Made by a program: the position numbers and the translations under genes | Part shown: piece after piece, positions 12,421 through 26,339 of the stretch | How positions within the stretch are numbered: the stretch's first letter is position 1 | Layout of the letters: each line of letters opens with the position of its first letter | Origin: Eledone cirrhosa | Taxonomy: Eukaryota | Length of the DNA: 64,000 nucleotides | Assembly (NCBI GenBank): GCA_964016885.1 | Contig: OZ024740.1 | Location: 30,442,001-30,506,000 of the forward strand | Direction: 5' to 3' | Notes under the pieces: model-generated | What the model was told of the DNA's origin: nothing | Databases searched by the model: none | Seen by the model: the letters and a program-made list of their open reading frames with translations, nothing else

Positions 12421-14834
12421 CATTTACATTACTCTATATTTACTAGTGTATTTTCATGGTAAAGGCTTTATCTCACATAACATTTACATTACTCTATATG
12501 TACCATTGTATTTTCATGGTAAAGGCTTTATCTCACATAACATTTACATTACTCTATATGTACCATTGTATTTTCATGGTAAAGGCTTTATCTCACATAA
12601 CATTTACATTACTCTATATGTACCATTGTATTTTCATGGTAAAGGCTTTACCTCACATAACATTTACATTACTCTATATGTACCATTGTATTTTCATGGT
12701 AAAGGCTTTACTTCACATAACATTTACATTACTCTATATTTACTATTGTATTTTCATGGTAAAGGCTTTACTTCACATAACATTTACATTACTCTATATT
12801 TACTATTGTATTTTCATGGTAAAGGCTTTACCTCACATAGCATTTACATTACTCTATATTTACTATTGTATTTTCATGGTAAAGGCTTTATCTCACATAA
12901 CATTTACATTACTCTATATGTACCATTGTATTTTCATGGTAAAGGCTTTACTTCACATAACATTTACATTACTCTATATTTACTATTGTATTTTCATGGT
13001 AAAGGCTTTACTTCACATAACATTTACATTACTCTATATTTACTATTGTATTTTCATGGTAAAGGCTTTACTTCACATAACATTTACATTACTCTATATT
13101 TACTATTGTATTTTCATGGTAAAGGCTTTACCTCACATAGCATTTACATTACTCTATAATTACTATTGTATTTTCATGGTAAAGGCTTTACCTCACATAG
13201 CATTTACATTACTCTATATTTACTATTGTATTTTCATGGTAAAGGCTTTACCTCACATAGCATTTACATTACTCTATATTTACTATTGTATTTTCATGGT
13301 AAAGGCTTTACCTCACATAGCATTTACATTACTCTATATTTACTATTGTATTTTCATGGTAAAGGCTTTACCTCACATAACATTTACATTACTCTATATT
13401 TACTATTGTATTTTCATGGTAAAGGCTTTACCTCACATAGCATTTACATTACTCTATATGTACCATTGTATTTTCATGGTAAAGGCTTTACCTCACATAG
13501 CATTTACATTACTCTATATTTACTATTGTATTTTCATGGTAAAGGCTTTACCTCACATAGCATTTACATTACTCTATATTTACTATTGTATTTTCATGGT
13601 AAAGGCTTTACCTCACATAGCATTTACATTACTCTATATTTACTATTGTATTTTCATGGTAAAGGCTTTACCTCACATAACATTTACATTACTCTATATT
13701 TACTATTGTATTTTCATGGTAAAGGCTTTACCTCACATAGCATTTACATTACTCTATATTTACTATTGTATTTTCATGGTAAAGGCTTTACCTCACATAA
13801 CATTTACATTACTCTATATTTACTATTGTATTTTCATGGTAAAGGCTTTACCTCACATAACATTTACATTACTCTATATTTACTATTGTATTTTCATGGT
13901 AAAGGCTTTACTTCACATAACATTTACATTACTCTATATTTACTATTGTATTTTCACAGTAAAGGCTTTATCTCACATAACATTTACATTACTCTATATT
14001 TACTATTGTATTTTCATGGTAAAGGCTTTACATCACATAGCATTTACATTACTCTATATTTACTATTGTATTTTCATGGTAAAGGCTTTACTTCACATAG
14101 CATTTACATTACTCTATATTTACTATTGTATTTTCATGGTAAAGGCTTTACCTCACATAACATTTACATTACTCTATATTTACTATTGTATTTTCATGGT
14201 AAAGGCTTTACCTCACATAGCATTTACATTACTCTATATTTACTATTGTATTTTCATGGTAAAGGCTTTACCTCACATAGCATTTACATTACTCTATATT
14301 TACTATTGTATTTTCATGGTAAAGGCTTTACCTCACATAGCATTTACATTACTCTATATTTACTATTGTATTTTCATGGTAAAGGCTTTACTTCACATAG
14401 CATTTACATTACTCTATATTTACTATTCTATTTTCACAGTAAAGGCTTTATCTCACATAACATTTACATTACTCTATATTTACTATTGTATTTTCATGGT
14501 AAAGGCTTTACTTCACATAGCATTTACATTACTCTATATTTACTATTGTATTTTCATGGTAAAGGCTTTATCTCACATAACATTTACATTACTCTATATT
14601 TACTATTGTATTTTCATGGTAAAGGCTTTACTTCACATAGCATTTACATTACTCTATATTTACTATTGTATTTTCACAGTAAAGGCTTTATCTCACATAA
14701 CATTTACATTACTCTATATTTACTATTCTATTTTCATGGTAAAGGCTTTATCTCACATAACATTTACATTACTCTATATTTACTATTGTATTTTCACGGT
14801 AAAGGCTTTACCTCACATAACATTTACATTACTC
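12421..14834 (+). repeat. 60-bp tandem satellite, 40 full units plus a partial unit, inside a piggyBac-like MITE (12413-15082)
   Basis: Unit catttacattactctatatttactattgtattttcatggtaaaggcttta(c/t)(c/t)tcacata(a/g) repeats in exact register with the 60-base lines. Confidence 0.97.
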
Positions 14835-15387
14835 ATGTCTAACCCATGCTAGCAAGGAAAATAGATGTTAAACGATGACGACGACGCCGATTACTCTATA
14901 TCTACTATTGTATTTTCACACAAAAAGCTTTATCTCACATAATATTGAATCTACAAGATTTTGATATTATATATTTTGAGAACAATACCTTAATGTCAGT
15001 ATGAGCAGCCAGTTATGACTGGTTTGAACAGAAAGAGGTGAGAGAATTCTGGCTGGATATGGTCAGTTTAAATGCTAAAGGGTTAATAACCATTGATAAT
15101 TAAAGAAATAGAAAAAAGAAAGATAAAAACAAAATTAAGCAATGAGAAAAAAGGAGAAGGGGTAAAGAAGGACGGATCTGGTTGTATGGAAAAGTAGAGG
15201 AAAGGACTATAAATGTCATAAATGAGAGGAAATAGAGGAGGAAAAGCAAGGACTGTTGGGCCACAGAAGACAGGAAAGGGGAATGGTGGAGGGTGATAGG
15301 CTCTGGCCCGAGGGCGGGGCAGAGTCAGGGCTGTGTCCCATGGACAAACTGTGTAAATTATGAGTTACAAATGTAAATTTAACTCAC

Positions 15388-15699
15388 CATTTCTTCTAAG
15401 GAAAAATTATCTTTTGGTTTCTGTGTTGAATAATGGCGATATTTAAAAAATGGGCTTCGGAAGATATTCTGACATTCTAGTGTGGATAAGGCAGAGATTT
15501 GACAGGAATTTTGAGGACATATTTTATGGTTTGCTTGATTTAGTAATGATGATGAGTCATGGGTTGCTAAGGAGTTGGTGTGCCTCTGTGTCACTGAAGC
15601 TCTCAGAGGAATTTGGTACTGAGGTGAGGAATACTGCTGCAGAAGTCTTTGACAGGACATTGGACAACGGAATTGTATAAGTTGTCTTGTAAGCTTCAT
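15388..15699 (-). CDS. TMEM160: TMEM160-like protein, first major coding exon (MKLTRQLIQFRC...YRHYSTQKPKDNFSLEEM), presequence-like; exon probably extends 5' to an acceptor at 15744 or 15714
   Basis: Open frame, R/Q/S-rich and acid-poor N-terminus with RHYST (mitochondrial cleavage-like), strong donor ATG|gtgagt phase 0, acceptor tttgtttttttatccag. Confidence 0.75.
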
Positions 15700-15946
15700 A
15701 ATTGTATTGCAACCCTGTATAGATAAATATGAAGATATATAGTTCTGGATAAAAAAACAAAGACAGAAATACAATTACACACCATCTTATTAGTTTTACA
15801 CTAATTGGAAAAGGAAAAGGAATGTTTCAACATATTAGACATTAGTCCTTCATCAGAAAGAGTAAAGTTAAGAGAAAGAAGAGGTTAGAAGGTTGAGAAA
15901 AATAATATTTGTAATTCATATATAATGCCTCTAATATATATATATA

Positions 15947-16475
15947 TCTTTTATATTCAATTATAATATACGGCTCGGAAAAATCTCTTTCCTAGAGCTA
16001 TTTTATTGTAAGAGACTATTTTGAGTCTCTAACTCAATATATACCTTTGATATATTCAGCTCCGTTAATTTGTTAAGCTAATTTAAATGTTGAGTAAACT
16101 TGGCTGCTATTTTTAGTGGTCTGAGCTTGTGAGACATGCTAAGTTCTGATATCATGTGCGTTATTATATATATGCACACTATTCAGTTTTCTGATATACT
16201 TAGAAGTGAGGAGCTTACTAATTTTTCACCCACTGATGAGCAAGAATCGGTATTCCTCTTCACAATTAATTTTGCAAAACAGCATAGCCAAACACTGTCT
16301 GGGTGATTGGTAGTTACCACAATTCCGGTTTGTATTTATTTTCTTGATTTATTCTTAAATTGAGTCTGGCAAATCCTATTGACCATAGTATTTTTTTCAC
16401 CTTACGATTTGGTCCCTTACGATTTGAACACATATATGTATATATCTGTGTTTATCTCTCTTTTATATTCAATTA
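15947..16475 (+). mobile_element. Penelope-like/retrozyme-like non-coding unit with degenerate hammerhead
   Basis: Short direct repeat tcttttatattcaattat at both ends; 16233-16290 CTGATGA-GCAAGA...TTTTGC-AAAAC (GAAAC after a CpG-type change). Confidence 0.45.
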
Positions 16476-16919
16476 TCATCATCATCACCGTTTTACGTCC
16501 ATTCTTCCAAGCTAGCATGGGTTAGACGGGTTGTCCTGTTGTGGGCAGTGTCCGGTTGGCTGACCTTGTCTTGCTCATACGGGAACTGATTCTGGCTTGA
16601 TTTTTACATCTGGATGCCCTTCCTAACACCAACCTCATTTTACAGTGAGTGCTGAGTGCTTTTTTTTCCGTGGCGCCTACACGTCCACTTTACAGTGTGG
16701 GGTGCGTGCTTTTTTGCTGTGGTACCTCCACGACCACTTTGCAGTGGAATGATAGGGACCTCAGTCCCTATCATCTCATTTCTACAGCTGAGTAAACTGG
16801 AGCCATGTGAAATAAAGTGTCTTGCTCAAGGCAACACATCACTCAGTCTGAGAATTGAACTCACAACCTATATATATACATACACTATATATATATATAT
16901 CTTCTCTTCTTCCTCACCC

Positions 16920-17520
16920 ACTTATTCCTGAGGGGGTCATGGGAGCAGAGTCCTCAAACACTCCTTCCAGCAGGTCCTGTCAGAAGCAACCATTTCTAAC
17001 TGATCCAGCTAGATTTCCAGACATGACCAGCCAAGCTCATGGATGTTATCCATCTTGCTCGGGGTCTACCCCTGGGTCTCCTGCCAGTTCGTTTTGCCCA
17101 TAAAATCTGTCCAGTGATTCTTTCCTGAGACATTCTAACTACATGCCCATAGTATTGGAGCTGTTATCTCTCAATTTGGAGAAGTAGCGGCTCTACTTGG
17201 AGTTACTCTCTGATCTCTGAGCTATGCACTTTATCAAGTAACTTTACTCCAAAGACCCTTTAGAGGAATCCCATTTTGGCCACTTGTATTCCTGTTCGTC
17301 TTCTTTCAGTCATTACCCAAGATTCATGACCATAGGTAAGGGTTGGCACGAAAACCAAATTGAAGACAGGGAGTTTGGCTTTTACACGTACCGTCCTTCT
17401 TCTGATTACTGAATGCTGAAACTGGCGCATTACTGCACCAGCTCCTGCAATTCTTGCAATTAATTCAGCCTCCTGCCTTCCATCACTCATGAACACAGCC
17501 CCGAGATACTTGAACTTCGG
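16920..17520 (-). mobile_element. Degenerate RTE (Rex3/Expander-like) LINE 3' fragment
   Basis: FVPTLTYGHESWVMTER...IQVAKMGFL; paralogous fragment at 29940-30525 (LLLRIERSQLRYYGHV). Confidence 0.8.
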
Positions 17521-17961
17521 AGGAAAGTATGCTTTAACAATTATTATGAAGAAACTAAACTTTTAATGGTCCAGCCTTTCTAGATTCAAACAGGTACTAT
17601 GCAGTGGTACACTGTATTACATTACTACAATCAGTAGAGCACTGAAAAAGTGATAAGGCCTTTACCTTCTTTTTAACCCTTTGAGTAGAGTAATATCATT
17701 TGGGAATCATTCTTCATTAAAATATATGATTCATGTAGTCAAATGCAAAGTAAATCCACCAAATTGATTTTAAAAAATAACCCTTTAGCATTTAAACTGA
17801 CTGCATCTGACCAGAATTCTCTCACCTCTTTCTTAGCTTGTTAAAACTGGCCACTCATACTTATGTTAAGGTATTGTTAAAATAAATAATATCACAATCT
17901 CGTATATTCGATATTATGTGAGTTAATTATGTAAGATAAAGTCTTTATTGTGAAAATACAA

Positions 17962-19131
17962 TCTCTCTCTATATAAAATTCTTTGTCTCTCTATCTGTTT
18001 GTCTGTCTTTTCTTTATGCATTCTCAAACAGCTCGACCAAATCAAATCAAATAAAAATAAAAATTACATGTTGACACTCCCCGGGGGAGGGGGTCTAATA
18101 GTATTAGACCCCCCCCCCCCCCGGGAGTCTCAACATGTAATTTTTATTTTCATTTGGATTAAAACAACATATTTTATCTAAATAATCTTTCTATAGTCAA
18201 TTAACTATAGTAAACCCCCACCATGTCCCATTTTGTATATGAGTGTGTATGTGTCTGTGAGTGTGTGTGTGTGTTTGCGAGTTTGTTGTATGTTAGGCCT
18301 CAGAGAATTAAACACACACACACACATCTACACATATATATATACATCGCACACCTATTACTTGACAGACAAGTAATAGGTGTGTGTGCGTGAATGTATA
18401 TCTGTGTGTGTGTGTCTTAGTATATTTATGTGAGAGTGTATGTGTGATAATCTTTATTTTAACTTTAGGCCTCATAATTAAACACACACACACATCTACA
18501 CATACATATAACCTTAGTAAGTTGCATACACATTATTTTCACACACAGACAATTAAACACACACACATCTACACATAGATATATATCTGTTGACAGACAA
18601 GTAATGGGTGTGAGTGTATGTGTGATCATTTTTATTTTCATTTGGATTAAAATAATATAAAACAACACAATGACATTACCTTTTGTATATGAATATATGT
18701 GTCTGTGAGTGAGTGTGTGCGTGTTCATTAGGTACATTATTAAATACACATACATACATATATGTAACAACTGACAAAAAAATGAGGTGAAAGCTATGCG
18801 TGAGTCTGTGTGAATGTATGTCTGTGTGTGTATGTCTTAGTATATGTATGTGAGTGTGTGTGAGAGGGTATGTGTGTGAGTGTGTGGCAACAATTTATTC
18901 ATTTGGACACCAACAAAAAATTACACAATGAATATTGTTTACCCTAAGGTTCTTCAAGATTGACAGATTTTCATTTCTAAATTCTATTATCATTACAATT
19001 TTGATATTTTTTAAAATAAAATATAGATATTTTGAAATAATTATGAGAAAAAAAACATATCTTCATATTAATTGTTTACTAATCTGAATAAGAACAGCAG
19101 TAACCTGGGCAATGCCGGGCAATTCAGCTAG
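17962..19131 (+). mobile_element. Non-autonomous Helitron inserted into an inverted piggyBac-like MITE
   Basis: A|TC 5' start, subterminal hairpin cctgggcaatgccggg, CTAG|T 3' end; MITE sequence tgaaaatacaa|tagt resumes exactly across the A|T site. Confidence 0.85.
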
Positions 19132-19832
19132 TAGTATATATAGTAATGTAAATGCTAAAAGGTTAAAGACTTAGTATGCAAGACTGGTAAGAGGAAGGTA
19201 GAAAGCTATCAAGGAAGATGGATCTGTGGGTAACACCTTATTATTTGATGGACAGACATCCTGCTTGCCACAGAATAACTCAATCAAGGCTGACCTAGGG
19301 CTACAAAACAATAACAACAATAACAACAACAACATCTAGAGACTGTTAACCCTTTACCATTCACATTACTCTATATATACTATTATATTTCCACAGTAAA
19401 GGCTTTACCTTGCATAATTATTTCACATAATATCAAATCTATGAGATTTTGAAAGTATTTATTTTGAGAACAATACCTTAACAACAGTATGAGTGACCAG
19501 TTACAGCCAGTTTCAACAGAAAGAGGTAGAGAATTCTGGCCGGTTTTGGCTGGTTTGAACACTAAAGGGTTAAAACATTACACCATTAGTGATCCAATCC
19601 TACAACTAGGTTATAGTATCATTTACCTTGCTCCACAGTAACCCTACAGCTCTCTCAACTGACACTAACAATAACAACACCATTATATCATTTTTATGTC
19701 ATTTCAAGCAAAACACACAAAAAGAAAAGAAAGAAGAAAATTAACAAACAAATACGATTTAAGTATATATATAAATGTGAGTGTATATATATATAAAGTA
19801 TATATATATATGTGAGTGTATATATATATAAA

Positions 19833-19889
<57 letters not shown>

Positions 19890-22800
19890 TGTATATATAT
19901 AAAGTATATATATATATGAGTGTATATATATAAAGTATATATATATATGAGTGTATATATATATAAAGTATATATATATATATATGAGTGTGTGTCTATA
20001 TATATATAGTATATATTAACATAGTTTAATTCATGATCACATATCTTCTAACAGTTGCCCTAAATTGTGGGTATTATTCACACCCCAAGGACACCTCATT
20101 ACAATGCCTGTGGAAGCAAATATAGGGTAAATTTCAGGTAAATCTCTTCATTCATCACTAAATTTTAGGTTATAGACTTCTGATGACCTTGGCCCTAGGA
20201 CCATTTCACTACTCAACACTATCAACATGGAGTTGGCTACCTGCAGGTGTGAGCCGCGTGAGCTGGAATGGTTTTTCCAGTGTATCTCCCTCACCTTTCT
20301 CTATTCTGTCTGCCGGGACCGCCAGCGTGTGGGTCCACATTTGCTTATAATAGCGAGAGATGGGCAGTGACTATACCAGCATTGCTGAAGTTTTTTGTAG
20401 AGTTAAAGGTTAAAGGATTTTAACCTTGGACGCTCTGCTTCGCGACAGAGTTACGGCTCTTTAGGTTCTCAGTTCAAATCCTGCTGAGGTTAGCTTTGCC
20501 TTTCATCCTTATGGGGGCGATATATAAAGTACCAGCAATGCACCGGGGTCGATTTAATCAACTTTCCCCTCCCCTTCAAATTGCTGGCCTTGTGCCTAAA
20601 GTAGAAATAATATAAAAGAGACTTTATTTCAAAACACCTATGACTCATTCCTATTTGGAGCCTCATTATGATATCTGTACTGTGTCAATGATCTGATGAT
20701 GGAAGAGTTTAGGATTGAGAATACCTCAGAACCAACAAAGCATAGTTTTGAGGACCCTGTGTTGTGTTCCATATTCAAGCTGTCACCAATAATAAACAAT
20801 TCACTCCCACATAATTGACATGACATACTTCACTGCACTATGTAGCAGTAATAATACTCTATAATGTAGAATCAATAAATGTTTTGATTGGTCGGTTGTG
20901 TGAAGTCAATTTCAACCCATACAGAAAATTATTTACAGTTTAACCCTTTAGCGTTCATATTACTCTATATTTACTATTTTATTTTCCTCGTAAATACTTT
21001 ATTTCACATAATTATCTCACCTAATGTACTTTTTGATGGACCTAATGATATATGTGGTTATTAGAGACAAGATTTAACCCATTTAATAGCATCAATATTA
21101 CTTTATATATACTATTGTATTTTCACGGTAAAGGCTTTACCTCACATAATATCTCACATAACATTTACATTACTTTATATATACTATTGTATTTTCACGG
21201 TAAAGGTTTTACCTCACATAATATCTCACATAACATTTACATTACTTTATATATACTATTGTATTTTCACGGTAAAGGCTTTACCTCACATAATATCGAA
21301 TCTATGAGATTTTGATACTATTTATTTAGAGAACAATACCTTAATATAAGTATGAGCAGCTGGTTATGGCATGTTTGAACAGAAAGAGGTGGGAGAATTC
21401 TGGTTGGATACGGTCGGGTTAAATGCTAAAGGGTTAACCAACAAGGGAGCCCTTACACAATTGCTAAACTTGCAAGATATAGTCACCAAATATTTCTCAA
21501 ATCACAATGTCATCTTAAATAAGGAAGGCTGCACTGGGTAATATAGCTCTAGATAAATGTCTGAAAAAATATTTTAGCCAGCAGTGCACACGACCATTTT
21601 TAGAGTCTCCATGATTGGAAGGAAGAAGTTATCCTTATTCTAGAGACCTAGTCCTAATGCATACAACAGAGTGGACTCTGCTAAAGGCACCCAAAGACCA
21701 AGTAGAGATGTTAAACTAGACTAGAAATAACAGCAAAATCTCCAATTCATGCTCTACCATCTTAAAAAAGCTAAGTTACAGTGCATAAAATAAATAAACA
21801 TATATGTCATTGTTTCTACTTTTGGCACAGCGCCAGCAATTACCCCAGTACATTACTGGTGCCTTATTTTATTGACCCTGTAAGGATGAGAGGCAAAGTT
21901 AACCTCGGAGGGGGGGGGGGGATTTGAACTCAGAATGCAAAGAGCCATAATTCTATGCTGCAAAACATGATGTCTGACACTCTACTGATACTGCCAATTC
22001 CCCCCCCCCCTCATAAACTTATATATTATGACTGAGAAAAAGGGTATTCACAGCACAAATGTCTTTGATCATTGGTGCACTACATCAAGAGTGACCTGGG
22101 GTTAAACATGTACAATATAGGCCCCTATTGGACACAAATGACTATGGCTTGCACCTAGGAAGTTTCAAGGCACAAGTCTGGACAAGGTTTGTTTGTGGAA
22201 GACCAGCAGTTATGCATGTATACCAGTCTTCCCTCTCCATGCTACCAATGTTGTCCAAAGGAAAGGAAATGACTGATACAACTTGACACCAGTGATAACA
22301 CAACTCATTTTTACAGCTGAGTAAACTGGAGCAACGTGAAATAAAGTGTCTCGCTGAAGGACACAACATATCACCTGGTCCGGAAATCGAACTCACAACC
22401 TTTCAATTACAAGTGCAACGGTCTAACCACTAAGACATGCACCTTCACTTATAACAACCTTTTAAAACAGTTTAGTGCTTTGAGTTCCATATTGCAGGTT
22501 TCTACAGCTGGATGCCTTGCCTAATGCCAGCCTCTTTATAGTGTAAACTGTGCATTTTATCATGAACAAGCACTACTACTATACAGAGTGGACTGGGTAC
22601 ACTTTATCGTGGAATCAACACTACCGTTTTACTGAGTGCTCTTTATCACAGCACTATGCTACTTCTTTACAGAGCGGACTGGGTGCACTTTATCGAGGCA
22701 TCAACACTACTGATTTAGTGAGTGCACTTTATAGCAGCACTATGCTACTTCTTTACAGAGCAGACTGGGTGCACTTTATCGTGCATTTAGATGACTAAAA

Positions 22801-25158
22801 CACATAATGTTATGAGGCTGTTTACTTGCAAACGAATCTAATATTATTATTCAATATAAAGGGTTGGTGGATTGGCAGTATCGGTAGAGGGTCGGACACC
22901 ATGCTTTGACGCATAGAGTTACGGCCTTTGCCATTCTGTGTTCAAATCCCGCCGAGGTTAACTTTGCCTTTCATCCTTACGGGGTCAATAAAAAAAAGTA
23001 CCAGTAATGCACTGGGCAATTGCTGGCCTTGTGCCAAAAGTAGAAACAATTATTATTCAATATAAAACACACGAATGCATTTATGTATCCACTATGCTAG
23101 AGCAAAAACTAATTTTGTTTTTGATTATCGGCAAACACAGCTGTAAAATTGCTTGGTATGCAAATTAGGTTAATCACCTGATGTATACTTTAGAGAATAC
23201 TATATATTCTAAAGAGTTCTAATGAGTCACAGAAGAGAGATATACACAATGTTGACAAAGGGCAATAACCCTGAAACAATTGTCGATTGTTTCTCTCTGA
23301 CACCTCTAAAACAAAAGGATGACAATGATAGTCTAAAAAACATAGCACAATGAGGCTGTTTGCTTGGAAATAAATTGAATAATATTACTATTCAATATAA
23401 AACTCATGAAGACATTTACATATCTGATATGTTAGTGTGAAAATTAATTTTGTTTTTATTTACAAATGTATACTATTTAATGTATCAACAGTCGATCGAC
23501 AAGATCCCAGACCTCATTCGCTTAACGAGTGGGGTGGAGCTCATCAAATTGGACCGAGGAAACAATGTTTCCATTGGTCTTTCCAATTGCTAATACTGTT
23601 GGTTGCAAGTCCAGGCAGAAGGTGCAACATGAAAAAAAGTGTTTTGCTCAAGGACATAACGCATCGCATGGTCCAGGAATCGAACTCACAACCTCACAAT
23701 TGCGAATCCAATTCTCTAACCACTCAGCCACGGGACTTCACAATATTTCATTTACTATATATATGTATATATGTGTGTATAAACATACATATATACACTA
23801 TATTAGCAGTAAATACACAAAGAATAGGAAGTAGGCAAAGCAATTGTAACAAAAAGTCTTATTACTATCAGACAATATGTACAAATATTTCAACACTATG
23901 TAATGGAAACACACACCCTATATAAACATATACACACATTCCTTACTCTCTAATAACACTGAGAAAAGGCAGTTTAGTTTCTGCCTTCATGACAATTATA
24001 TTTAATGTACTTTGGGATGGACCTAATGATTACATGTGGATATTAGAGTTATGCCTAGCATATATATTGAGATTTAACCCTTTATCATTCACATTCTCTA
24101 TATTTACTATTGTATTTTTGTGGTAAAGGTTTTATCTCAAATAATATTGAATCTATGAGATTTTGATGTTATTTATTTTGAGAACAATATCTTAACATCA
24201 GTATAAGCAGTTGATTATAGCGAGTTTGAACAGAAAAAGGTGAGAAAATATTAAAGGGTTAAAGGCAGAAAAAGCTATCTAACATCGTTTAACTGAATTC
24301 CGTGCCTTAAATTAGCATTTTTTATAATGTATTGGAAATCATTTACTTATATCAAATATAAAATAACAGACATCACCCATGACCCATCCACTTGCTCCAA
24401 ACAGTATATAAACATGCATTCTGGGCCATTAATGGAAACCAGGGACACTGCCACAATGTCAGACACCCTAGACTTCAAGGCCATCACCACGACTCTACCA
24501 CCCTCCAGCCCCAATCCCCACCAATGCCACCTGAAGAGTGCTGATGTCATGACAAAAAGCACTTGTAAAGAGGTTGGTGTTAGGAAGGGCATCGAGCCAT
24601 AGAAACCATGCTCCTAGTACACGCTGTAAAGTGGTGGGTGTTAGGAAGGGCATCTAGCTGACCTTGTACAATTGCACCTCTCAAAGGCAATGACACAGGA
24701 CTGTGATCTCTGGCGCTATGCAGTAATACAGAATACCTGCCTTCCCTCATGCAGGAGCTGAGGCATACATCTAGTATGCATCCCCTTCACTTCCATGCAC
24801 CTCCCTTGCTGTAATTACTCCACCCCTATATCTACCTCCCCAGTTCCCCATGCATCTCCCCCACCCATGTCCTCAATCCATACTATAATGTGGTTATCCT
24901 GGAGCCACAACAATAAGCAAAGAGTCCAGACTGTAAAGTGATCGTGTAGGAGTCATAACAAAAAGCATCCAGTACACACTGTAAATGAGGTTGGCACTAG
25001 GAAGGGCATCCAGCTGTAGAAACCAACCCCAAATCAGTTCTGTGTGAGCAAAACACAGTCCTCTGACCTGGTTGTCTCACAATAGGACAGCATATCCTAC
25101 CCATACTAGTGTGGAAAATAACCGTTAAACAATGATGATGATGATAGACATACATACA

Positions 25159-26339
25159 TCTATCTATACATATATATATAAAATTGATGTTGTCTGTGTG
25201 TGTGCGCGTGTGTCCTCATTTTTGCAAAGTCTATACAAATCCACATTTCTACTCCAATTGACTTCAAACTTGCATTTATATATTCCTTGCGATCTATAGA
25301 TATTAACTGCAGCTTTTATTTTTCAATTTTCTGTTGTTAAAGGGGTGTTAGGCGCCGGTTATCCATCTCCGTCGTGCCCTTATAATATCTGTCTGTATGC
25401 CTGGCTGTCTGCATTAGAACATTCTGACAAACGTTGATGATGTATTATGTTCGCTATTATCCGTTCATTGCCAGGGAACGTCTTCACAAACCAAAGTATC
25501 GTCTTCCTGTTTTCCTTTGGTTGCAACGTTTTTCGAAATATTTACTTCTGCGTTCACAGATTGATTTTTTTAGTTTCAGAAGATCCCGTTAAGGGTGAAA
25601 ACAGTGATTCTTTGCTTAAACTTTAATCTGTTATTTTAATAATATAAGTGAGGCAAGCCAGCCCAGTTGCACTTCTTGCCAATAAACATTAACCCTTTGT
25701 GCGCCATTCATCTAACTGTAGACCAACAAATACCAACTAAACGGAGCGTTGACAAGAACGATGGCAAATGAATCTTCGAGGTAAGCAGTTTCCTCCCGAC
25801 CTGTTAGTTCACGTGGGATTCTCTGCTACACCTTTTCGTAATAATACCGAACAACATACTGCTGGTCACTCTTTCCTCCAAAAGCCGTACAAAGCGGACA
25901 TGTGCATCGGGTAGATGGATCGAGTGCAAATCTACACCAGGCCTACGCGAGAAATTTGCAAGGGACTGCACCGACAGGGATAGAGAGAAAGAGTAACTTA
26001 GTGGAAAGAGTGAGAATGAACTTTTGAGGTAAGTATCCTATGCCTTACTGCTATGACACTGGAACCTTCTGCCAACTTAACCTGTGACTTTCTCTTTCAC
26101 ATTTACTCCAAAAGGCCAAAACAGAGGACTATGAAAAGAAGGGGCTCAACAATATTTCTATGAACAATGCACGTAGACAGCTAAACTGTACTTTCAACTT
26201 CTTAATTTTCTCCAAATAAAACAAGTTTCCTGTCGGTATATTTTCGTGAATTTTTAACAGGCACTCAGAAATAAACGTTTCTCATTGGAGGTGCTATTAC
26301 CAATGTTCTTACACGTGCAACGCCGGGATACACTGCTAG
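25159..26339 (+). mobile_element. Non-autonomous Helitron
   Basis: A|TCTATCTATAC...; 3' cacgtgcaacgccggg hairpin remnant and CTAG|T; an internal piece recurs at ~49180-49290. Confidence 0.75.

Noticed and set aside
12421-14852. CRISPR array or 798/558-aa repeat proteins
   Set aside because: Head-to-tail units with no unique spacers; the ORFs are by-products of a stop-free 60-bp unit inside a MITE in a eukaryotic intron
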